From an uncultured archaeon (GTDB taxonomy: Archaea > Asgardarchaeota > Lokiarchaeia > Sigyniarchaeales > SOKP01), in NCBI GenBank assembly GCA_964632315.1, contig CAZWEM010000033.1, forward strand, positions 1-22,631: a DNA stretch of 22,631 bases. The letters run 5' to 3'. A program made the translations under genes and the position numbers. Of the stretch, positions 8,560-15,962 are shown in pieces (position 1 is the first letter of the stretch; each line of letters starts with the position of its first letter). A model generated the notes under the pieces. It had not been told where the DNA came from. It did no database searches and saw only the letters and a list, made by a program, of their open reading frames with translations.

Positions 8560-10065
8560 ATGTCAAAAAAACCAAATATTATTTACTTATTATGGGATCA
8601 CCATGCTTTTTATGGTCATGGAGAGATGATTGGAGGGCCTAAAATACTACGTCCAAATTCCGAGCGAATAGCAAGACAAGGAGTTGAATTTACCAAAGCT
8701 TATACTGCTTGTCCTTTATGTTGTCCCGCAAGGCGTACGATGTTAACAGGATTATACCCTCATAATCATGGGGAAATAAAAAATGAAACCAACCATAAAT
8801 ATGACCGAGAAACATATTTAGAGAAGTTAAAGGAAGTAGGATATAATCTTTTCTATATTGGAAAGTGGCATGCTGGAAGAGGGACTGCCCATCAGTTTGG
8901 ATGCGAGGGATTCAATTACACTGGATATGGAAATCCCTATCTCACTCTGGAATACCAAGCATATCTCAAGGAAAAAGATCTCCCTCCTTTTGAAGTTAGG
9001 ATTAAGCATAGCTTTTTAGATCCAAATGAACCATATAATCAAACCTTAAAAATCTATGAAGGAGAACTTCACAAGCCTGAATTTTCAAGTCTTTCAGAAC
9101 ATGCGGTCGGGATAATGACAACTCCAAAAGAAACCCATGAAGCATTTTTTTTAGCCCATTTAGCCTGTAAACGACTTGAAGCACTAGCAAACTCTAGAGA
9201 TTCCTCTCCATTTCACTTAAGGGTAGATTTTTGGGGGCCTCATCAACCATATTATGTTCCCCAAGAATATTATGATATGTACGATCCAAATGCAATTCCT
9301 GAGTTACCCAGCTTTAGTAACGATCTTCGAAATAAACCAAAGATTTATTGGAGCAACCATGATTCTAAAATCAGTAAGAATGGGCAATTAATTACCCCCA
9401 ATCCTCTTAGTTGGGAAATATGGCAAGAAATTTTAGCGTGTAATTACGCACACCAAACTCTTATAGATGATGCAATGGGACTTATACTTGAGAAGTTAGA
9501 AGAATTGGGATTTATGGAAACCTCGATGATCATCTTATCTTCAGATCATGGAGACGCTGTTGGTTCTTATGGAGGACACTTTGATAAGGATGCATACATG
9601 CCAGAAACAATGATTCACGTTCCTTTTATAGTAAGTTATCCCGAGATTATCACGAAAGGTATTAAATCTGATAAATTAGTCAGCAACATTGATTTAGCAC
9701 CAACAATTCTCGACGCTGCAGGAACTAATTTCTCAGATCCCGTCGACGGAACTAGCTTACTCTCTCTCTTTAAAAATGAAAAAACAGAATGGCGAGAGGA
9801 GTTAATGGTTCAGACTCATGGACATTACGTCAAGCATCTTGGAAGAGCAGTTCTTCACGATCGATATAAATACATCTTTAATGAGGATGATATGGACGAA
9901 CTCTATGATCTTACAAGCGATCCCCATGAATTGGATAATTTGATCAATAATCCAAAATTTGAGGAGGTCTTGAAAACAATGAAACAAAAACTAAAAAAAT
10001 TAAGAATTAAGACTAATGATGATATCACAAAAAGCATGATTAGAGGAAAAAGACTAAAAAAGTAG
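8560..10065 (+). CDS. Cys-type sulfatase family hydrolase
   Basis: KPNIIYLLWDH, CCPAR..MLTGLYPH, YIGKWH, FWGPHQPY, SDHGD, SNIDLAPTILD and ELYDLTSDPHELDNL. Confidence 0.92.
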   Translation: MSKKPNIIYLLWDHHAFYGHGEMIGGPKILRPNSERIARQGVEFTKAYTACPLCCPARRTMLTGLYPHNHGEIKNETNHKYDRETYLEKLKEVGYNLFYIGKWHAGRGTAHQFGCEGFNYTGYGNPYLTLEYQAYLKEKDLPPFEVRIKHSFLDPNEPYNQTLKIYEGELHKPEFSSLSEHAVGIMTTPKETHEAFFLAHLACKRLEALANSRDSSPFHLRVDFWGPHQPYYVPQEYYDMYDPNAIPELPSFSNDLRNKPKIYWSNHDSKISKNGQLITPNPLSWEIWQEILACNYAHQTLIDDAMGLILEKLEELGFMETSMIILSSDHGDAVGSYGGHFDKDAYMPETMIHVPFIVSYPEIITKGIKSDKLVSNIDLAPTILDAAGTNFSDPVDGTSLLSLFKNEKTEWREELMVQTHGHYVKHLGRAVLHDRYKYIFNEDDMDELYDLTSDPHELDNLINNPKFEEVLKTMKQKLKKLRIKTNDDITKSMIRGKRLKK

Positions 10066-10070
10066 GTGAT
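10064..10070 (+). promoter_or_regulatory. Archaeal-type Shine-Dalgarno AGGTGAT overlapping the sulfatase stop codon
   Basis: AGGTGAT lies 4 nt before ATG 10075. A similar AGGAGTGAT (10658-10666) lies 4 nt before ATG 10671. Confidence 0.6.
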
Positions 10071-10074
10071 CAAA

Positions 10075-10596
10075 ATGAATAAAGAATTATTGAAACTTAC
10101 CAAGGAAGAATTGGTGAATTATGTCGAAGATATTTCTAAAAACTGGCTAGCCATTGATGGTACTTGGTTCCAGTCCGTTGAAAGAGAATTTGGAATTGAA
10201 AAAGCAATTGAATTAGATGTCGATCAATGGAAAAGATTCACGGTAATTGAAGCAAAAAGAATTATGAAGCGATTTAATATTAAAGAAGGAGGAGGCATTC
10301 CCGCATTAGTTAAAGCATTAAATTTTCGCGTGTATGCTAATATTAACGTTCAAGAAACTGTGGAAGTTACTGATCAAAGATGCGTGTTTCGAATGAATAA
10401 TTGTCGGGTCCAATTTGCCAGAAACCAAAGAAATCTACCCGATTTTCCTTGTAAATCCGTAGGACTTGTAGAATATGGCGATTTTGCTAAAACAATTGAT
10501 CCGAGAATCAAGACAAGGTGCATTGCATGTCCTCCCGATCCACATCCTAATGAATACTATTGTGCATGGGAATTCTCCATTGAAAACGAGGAGTAA
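10075..10596 (+). CDS. DUF6125-like Cys-rich protein (possibly V4R-related ligand/metal-binding fold)
   Basis: WLAIDGTWFQSVE, EAKRI, CRVQFAR, FPCKSVG, CIACPPDPHP and YCAWEF match the family as I recall it. ATG 10075 follows an SD motif. Confidence 0.65.
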   Translation: MNKELLKLTKEELVNYVEDISKNWLAIDGTWFQSVEREFGIEKAIELDVDQWKRFTVIEAKRIMKRFNIKEGGGIPALVKALNFRVYANINVQETVEVTDQRCVFRMNNCRVQFARNQRNLPDFPCKSVGLVEYGDFAKTIDPRIKTRCIACPPDPHPNEYYCAWEFSIENEE

Positions 10597-10670
10597 TTAA
10601 CTTAATATTTGCTAAAATCTAATCTAAACTATAATTAATATCTATTCAAAATAATTAAGGAGTGATTATT

Positions 10671-11699
10671 ATGTTTGATAGTTCGCACTGTGCAGAATGT
10701 GAAACGGTTGATTGCATGATGATGTGTCAATGGATCGATTTTGAAAATACTGCAGCAGCTAAGCAAGAAATTACTAAATTAGTTGATGAAGATGAAAACT
10801 GCCGAATTTTAAAGGATTGCATGCTATGCTTTGCATGCGATGAATATTGCCCTTACCATTCCCATCCTTTCGATAAAATAAATGAACTTCAAGAAATATA
10901 TAAATCTCAAGAGATACCAGATGCCATCGTTGAAAATTCTCTTAATATGTATAAAGCAAAAGGCGAATTTGTTCCTCGTCCATTGGACCCAAATGAACCA
11001 ATATTGAATAAATGTGCATTTCCAAAAATGAATGCTAAGGAAATGTCTGGTCCGATGTTTGATGATTTACAATCAGTAGGCGGCTTACATTACTTTTGCC
11101 AATTGGTTTATCAACACGTTACCAAACCTTCCGTGATAGCAGAACGCGTTCCAGTCATTTTAGAAAATTTTAAAAGAGCTGGAGTTTCAAAGGATCAAGA
11201 GGTTATCTGTTGGCATGATGAGTGTTACGGCTTGTACACCTCATATTGTCAGAGAAATAACTTAGAAGTGCCATTTAAGCCCGTTCACATTTATGATTAT
11301 GTTTACAAATACCTGAAAGATCATGAATCAGAAATTAAAAAATTGAATATTAAGGCTGCTTATCAACGAAATTGTTCAAATCGGTATGTTCCTGAAACAG
11401 ATAAAACATTAGATAAGATTTGTGAATTAATTGGAATAGAAAGGGTTGCAAGAAAATATGACAGGGAAAATGGTTTATGCTGTGCGGCGCCATTTGCTAT
11501 GAGAGGGCATAAAAAAGAAGTACGTAAAACCCAAAATGCCAATGTCCAAGATATGGTAGATTATGGTGCTGAAGTTGCGATTTTCAATTGCCCAATGTGT
11601 AAAGACACCCTTGAAAGAAAAATTGAAGCAGCTGGACTGAAGTCATACTTCATTTCGGATTTAGCAAGGCTTGCTCTGGGAGAAAAACTTGATTATTAG
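10671..11699 (+). CDS. Fe-S protein: N-terminal two-cluster ferredoxin-like domain plus CCG-like domains (HdrD/GlpC-related), paralogue 1
   Basis: CAECETVDCMMMC, CMLCFACDEYCP, YFC, CWHDECY, YQRNCS, LCCAA and NCPMC. Confidence 0.8.
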   Translation: MFDSSHCAECETVDCMMMCQWIDFENTAAAKQEITKLVDEDENCRILKDCMLCFACDEYCPYHSHPFDKINELQEIYKSQEIPDAIVENSLNMYKAKGEFVPRPLDPNEPILNKCAFPKMNAKEMSGPMFDDLQSVGGLHYFCQLVYQHVTKPSVIAERVPVILENFKRAGVSKDQEVICWHDECYGLYTSYCQRNNLEVPFKPVHIYDYVYKYLKDHESEIKKLNIKAAYQRNCSNRYVPETDKTLDKICELIGIERVARKYDRENGLCCAAPFAMRGHKKEVRKTQNANVQDMVDYGAEVAIFNCPMCKDTLERKIEAAGLKSYFISDLARLALGEKLDY

Positions 11700-11700
11700 A

Positions 11701-11716
11701 TTTTCTTTTTTTTTTT
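11701..11716 (+). terminator. Oligo-T tract, candidate archaeal terminator
   Basis: TTTTCTTTTTTTTTTT immediately after the stop codon at 11699. Confidence 0.45.
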
Positions 11717-11775
11717 AATATTGCTTAATAATTATACTAGACTAGTTACTAAAAGCTATTTAAAATGTGATCGTG

Positions 11776-12798
11776 ATGTTCGATGATTCTAATTGTTCTA
11801 AGTGTTCCACAATTGATTGTTTAATGCGTTGTCAATGGATAGAGTTCAAAAACTTAGCAGAAGCAAAAAAAGAAAGAGAAATATTGAATAATCAAGAAAA
11901 TTCGAGAGTTTTATCAGAATGCATGACTTGTTTTGCTTGTGATGAATATTGTCCATATAATTCTCATCCGTTCGATTTACTAACTGAACTTCAAGAAAAG
12001 TATAATTCACTTTCAATTCCGCAAAAAACTGTTGAGAACACCGTGAACCGTTTTGCGCCTTATCCTGAGTTAAAATTAAAAGAGATTGATCCCTCAAAAC
12101 CAGTTCTTAATAAATGTGGATTAGCTAAGATCAACTCTGAGAGATTAAAAGGAAGGTTATTTAATGATTTACAATATGTGAGTGGAAAGTCGTATTTTTG
12201 CAACTTGGTTTATCATCATTATGCCCGGGACTCGGTGATTAAAGAACGTGCGCCAATTATAATAGATAACATCATGAAACAAGGAATTAAAACCATGATC
12301 TGTTTTCACGACGAATGTTATGGTTTTTATGCTTCCTACTGCCCTCGTAATGATATTAAACTTCCAGATGGATTCAAAGCTATTCATATCTACGAATATT
12401 TATACAAATACTTGAAAGAGCATCAAAAAGAGGTCAAGAAATTAAATTTAAAAATAGCTTACCAAAGATCTTGTTCTAATCGTTTTATACCTGATACTGA
12501 CGAATGGGTTGATAAAATTTGCGAAATTATTGGCGTAGAGCGAGTTCCACGGGAATATGATAGAGAAGATGCGTTGTGCTGCGCAGGAATATTCAGCACA
12601 TTAGGTAAAATGCCGTTAATGCGAAAAACCCAAAATAATAACATACAAGATATGTTAAACTATAAAGCCGAAGTAGTTGTATACAGTTGCTCAATGTGTT
12701 TAGAGAGCTTAGGTTCTAAAGTTGCGAGAAAAGGATTAAAAAATTATCTACTTTCTGATTTATGCAGGTTAGCTTTAGGAGAGCCCTTGAATTACTAA
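11776..12798 (+). CDS. Fe-S protein (ferredoxin plus CCG-like), paralogue 2
   Basis: CSKCSTIDCLMRC, CMTCFACDEYCP, YFC, CFHDECY, YQRSCS, LCCAG and SCSMC; colinear with paralogue 1. Confidence 0.8.
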   Translation: MFDDSNCSKCSTIDCLMRCQWIEFKNLAEAKKEREILNNQENSRVLSECMTCFACDEYCPYNSHPFDLLTELQEKYNSLSIPQKTVENTVNRFAPYPELKLKEIDPSKPVLNKCGLAKINSERLKGRLFNDLQYVSGKSYFCNLVYHHYARDSVIKERAPIIIDNIMKQGIKTMICFHDECYGFYASYCPRNDIKLPDGFKAIHIYEYLYKYLKEHQKEVKKLNLKIAYQRSCSNRFIPDTDEWVDKICEIIGVERVPREYDREDALCCAGIFSTLGKMPLMRKTQNNNIQDMLNYKAEVVVYSCSMCLESLGSKVARKGLKNYLLSDLCRLALGEPLNY

Positions 12799-12965
12799 AG
12801 TTCAAAATTATTGAAAAACTATTAAAATATTATTTTACTTTGATGATAAAATAGATTTTAGAAATCCGTATTTTAGCTTGGTTCTAACCGAATAAAAAAA
12901 ATTTTTAACTTAAAAAATATAACCTCAACTAATAGAATAAAGAAAAAATATATAGTGAATAGAAA

Positions 12966-13385
12966 ATGTCAGAGGAAGAAATTAGGACTAAAATTAGCGA
13001 TTTAAAGGATGATATCACGAGAATCGAAGAGGATGCGACTAAAAAAGAAGCAGGAGCTGAAAAGAAAATCGAAGGAGATTGGGATGAGAAAATCGCTAAT
13101 ACTAAAGAAAAACTGGACGTTACAACTACTGATTTAAATGAAGCAAAAGAAGAGGCTAGCAAATGGGTCAAAAAGAGGGATAAACTCACCGTAGGAGAGA
13201 AATCTTTAAGTAAGCAATATGATAATTATCTTAAAGGCAAGGAGAAAGCTTTAAAGGATTTACTTAACAAGATTGATAAAGAAAAGAAAAATAACATCAA
13301 ACAAAAAGAAAAAGAAATCAAGTCATTAGAAAAGAAACTGGAAAAACTTGAAGAACAAAGGCTTAAAGACAAAATGAACGATTAA
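12966..13385 (+). CDS. Highly charged coiled-coil hypothetical protein
   Basis: 139 aa, K/E/D-rich, with no Pro or Cys; followed by a T-rich tract. Confidence 0.75.
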   Translation: MSEEEIRTKISDLKDDITRIEEDATKKEAGAEKKIEGDWDEKIANTKEKLDVTTTDLNEAKEEASKWVKKRDKLTVGEKSLSKQYDNYLKGKEKALKDLLNKIDKEKKNNIKQKEKEIKSLEKKLEKLEEQRLKDKMND

Positions 13386-13431
13386 TTTTGTGCTTTATTT
13401 TATTATTATTTTTTTTAAAATTCATTAAAAT

Positions 13432-13998
13432 ATGATAGTATTAACCGGTTTTGAGAAATTCTCTAGCTATAAGAGTAATTTGAGTGATATATTAGTAAAT
13501 CAATTTGAAGATCGAATTGGGGAAAATCAGGTTCAAAAGCAAATATTACCGGTAAGTTGGAGAAGAAGTGTTATAAGTTATAAAAATAAACTTTCAAATC
13601 TAGGTAAATTTCCCGACTTAGTAATCTTACTAGGAATACATTCAGGTTCAGATATAAGAATAGAACGCTATGCTTGGAATATTTCAATTGGAATGGATGA
13701 AGATAATAAATTTAGATTTAGTCCAATAAAGTTGAACTTGAAATCACGAATCAAAACGATCTTAAATATAGAGAACTACACACGTATAAAGACTCAAGGG
13801 TTAAGTATTAGATTTTCAAATTATATGGGCTTTTTTTTATGCAACTATATCTTTTTTAATGCGTTATTATTTTCTGCTAATCTATACCCCGTGATGTTTA
13901 TTCACATTCCAGATCGCGGTCCTATAAATGAGTTAAAATTTATATTAAAAAAGATCATCACAATTACCATTCGAACAATGAAAGGAAGTCGCTCATAA
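13432..13998 (+). CDS. pcp: Pyroglutamyl-peptidase I (peptidase C15)
   Basis: IVLTGFEKF, ILPVSW, IERYAWN (catalytic Glu), GFFLCNY (Cys) and FIHIP (His). Confidence 0.8.
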   Translation: MIVLTGFEKFSSYKSNLSDILVNQFEDRIGENQVQKQILPVSWRRSVISYKNKLSNLGKFPDLVILLGIHSGSDIRIERYAWNISIGMDEDNKFRFSPIKLNLKSRIKTILNIENYTRIKTQGLSIRFSNYMGFFLCNYIFFNALLFSANLYPVMFIHIPDRGPINELKFILKKIITITIRTMKGSRS

Positions 13999-14163
13999 AT
14001 TAATTGGGAGCTTTTGTCCTTTTTCATTTAAAAGTTCTTTTGATAAACCTGTTTGGATTCTTATTTCATCATATAGCCAATTTAGAAGCCTCATCTTTGC
14101 ATTATAGATTTCGATTTCTTCTTCAATAATTTCCAGATCTGATTTATCTAGTATATCTGTCAT
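13993..14163 (-). CDS. Small acidic hypothetical protein, 56 aa (below the ORF-track cutoff)
   Basis: MTDILDKSDLEIIEEEIEIYNAKMRLLNWLYDEIRIQTGLSKELLNEKGQKLPINL*. AAGGA lies just upstream, the sequence is helix-like, and the stop overlaps the convergent pcp stop. Confidence 0.6.
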   Translation of the reverse strand: MTDILDKSDLEIIEEEIEIYNAKMRLLNWLYDEIRIQTGLSKELLNEKGQKLPINL

Positions 14164-14239
14164 TTTTATTCCTTAGTATAATGTATAATTAAAATAAGAA
14201 AAAATGAAGATCCATAAGTTTTCATCTAATATGCGCATA

Positions 14240-14470
14240 TTATCGAAGAAAAATTAACACGATTGGTGTCAAAAGTGCTGGATCAAAGGGATGCAATATT
14301 ACAAAAGTCTTTGTAATTAATATATAATAGGCATCCCTAAAAATGTAGGTCAGTTTATTTATTCTGTATAGTCCAGAGACTATCCATGGAGCAATTAGAA
14401 TATAAAACCCACAACTAATAAGCGTAATAACAAAAGAATCAGAATATCAGTATAAATTGCTTTTTTTCAT
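14240..14470 (-). pseudogene. Interrupted small membrane-protein ORF
   Basis: ATG 14470 lies 13 nt after the upstream gene with GGAGA before it. It reads MKKSNLY-TGA and then 68 open, hydrophobic codons. A shifted frame after the A7 run gives KKAIYTDILILLLLRLLVVGFIF. Confidence 0.35.
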
Positions 14471-14483
14471 TCAAAGCCTCTCC

Positions 14484-14891
14484 CTATTTATATTTGGTTT
14501 CAAATTTCTCAATATCGTATGCTAAATTTTCTATGGGATCTCCATTTATTACTTTATCCATTCTTTCAATTAACTCTGATGGAAACAAGCTAATTTCTGT
14601 CATTTCTTCTCTAAAATTCTTAAACTTATCTGTTAACGTATATTCACTAGTACTTCTTTTCGCATCGAATTCTTCCATGATGATTTTGATGAATGAGTCA
14701 ATTAAATCTCCAATAATTCGATTTTCAAAATCTTTTACTTCAATTGAAATGTCTTCAACTAAATGATCATATTTTTTATTGACTTCCGCAATTTCTTCTG
14801 CCCTTCTTTCGTTGAGTTCTATTATTTTCGGAGAAGCATCTGATTTCATCAATTCCAATTTCGCTAGCTTCGCTTTAATTTCTTCAATCAT
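14484..14891 (-). CDS. Hypothetical alpha-helical/coiled-coil protein
   Basis: 135 aa, AAGGAG upstream of the ATG, and E/K/I-rich heptad pattern at the N-terminus. Confidence 0.75.
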   Translation of the reverse strand: MIEEIKAKLAKLELMKSDASPKIIELNERRAEEIAEVNKKYDHLVEDISIEVKDFENRIIGDLIDSFIKIIMEEFDAKRSTSEYTLTDKFKNFREEMTEISLFPSELIERMDKVINGDPIENLAYDIEKFETKYK

Positions 14892-15035
14892 GATAACTCC
14901 TTAATTACAAAAGTAATATAAAAATTTAATTAAAAAGGTGAATCTAAAATAGAGACGGATGTTTTTCTTAGGAAATTATAAATTCCGTCTTTTCTTTCTT
15001 TAATTAATCATTTTTAAATTTAACACCGTTAAAGC

Positions 15036-15941
15036 ATGCCAAAAGAAGTCAAACTCCCTGAACCCGAAAAAGACTTGAAATTCATCGACGTTCATTGCCA
15101 TCTTCCGTTCCCACGGCCAAAAAAGAATGATCAATTACCTTCCAATGATGTCCAATTTAGACAATACTTTGAAGAGGGAGGTCTTTACTTGGTCACAAGC
15201 ACGATTGATATGAATACATTGAAATTGACTCTTGATTTCATCAAAGGACGGGAACTAATGGGCTTTTGTTGTGGATGGGCACCTCAAACAGTCACTTATA
15301 CTCCCTCTCGTAAATATTCCAATGAATGGGAGAAGTGGAAAGAATACATAACGAATAACATTCAAGATTACCTCGCTATAGGTGAGATTGGATTAGATTT
15401 TCATCATGCAAAAACACTAGATAAAAGAGAGAATCAAGTGAATGAGTTGGAAAAAATTTTTGAACTTACAGAAGATTTGAACAAACCATATGTATTACAT
15501 GTTAGAAATGCTGCACCACATGAAATTGACAAAGAACATCCTGATCATCATTTTAATAAAGATGATGGTGCTACAAAAGAAATGTTACGAATCTTGGAAA
15601 AATATCGAATTAAACCTGATAATGTAATGTGGCATTGCTTTTCAGGTCCAGAAATATATGGATCTCTTTTTTCTCAACAAGGTTATTATCTTTCCGTTCC
15701 CAGTTCGGCTTTTGGAATGAAAAAATGGCGAAAAACAACAAAAAATGCTTCTATCGATTCTCTGCTTACTGAAACTGATAGTTATTATCAGCACCCTTAT
15801 TTAAGAGGTCCTGTTAACGTCCCTTCAAACGTTAAATATTCTATAGTAGCTATAGCTCATTCCCATGGAATTTCACAAAAAGAAGTGAGTAACAAAACTA
15901 TAGATAATGCGGTAAAGTTTTTTAAGCTACCAATTAGCTAA
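15036..15941 (+). CDS. tatD: TatD family metal-dependent hydrolase/DNase
   Basis: IDVHCHL, AIGEIGLDF, VLHVR, WHCFSG and LLTETDS. Confidence 0.88.
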   Translation: MPKEVKLPEPEKDLKFIDVHCHLPFPRPKKNDQLPSNDVQFRQYFEEGGLYLVTSTIDMNTLKLTLDFIKGRELMGFCCGWAPQTVTYTPSRKYSNEWEKWKEYITNNIQDYLAIGEIGLDFHHAKTLDKRENQVNELEKIFELTEDLNKPYVLHVRNAAPHEIDKEHPDHHFNKDDGATKEMLRILEKYRIKPDNVMWHCFSGPEIYGSLFSQQGYYLSVPSSAFGMKKWRKTTKNASIDSLLTETDSYYQHPYLRGPVNVPSNVKYSIVAIAHSHGISQKEVSNKTIDNAVKFFKLPIS

Positions 15942-15962
15942 TATGGAGTATAACTCCTAAAT

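Noticed and set aside
8185-10103. ORFs 8185-8367, 8827-9009, 9002-9190, 9802-9987 and 9903-10103
   Set aside because: Antisense to the PKD or sulfatase genes.
12840-12891. TGATGA (box C-like) and a small dyad TTGGTTCTAACCGA
   Set aside because: No properly spaced CTGA box D and the dyad is short, so no C/D sRNA call.
11846-13189. Antisense ORFs 11846, 12169, 12459 and 12929
   Set aside because: Shadows; the hydrophobic S/F/L content of 12929-13189 simply mirrors K/E codons on the sense strand.
14494-14766. Plus-strand 90-aa ORF, and likewise 17077-17262 and 20305-20490
   Set aside because: Antisense to better-supported genes.
14953-14990. Inverted repeat AGACGGA-N24-TCCGTCT between divergent genes
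   Set aside because: Only 7 bp with a long spacer; possibly regulatory but not supportable.
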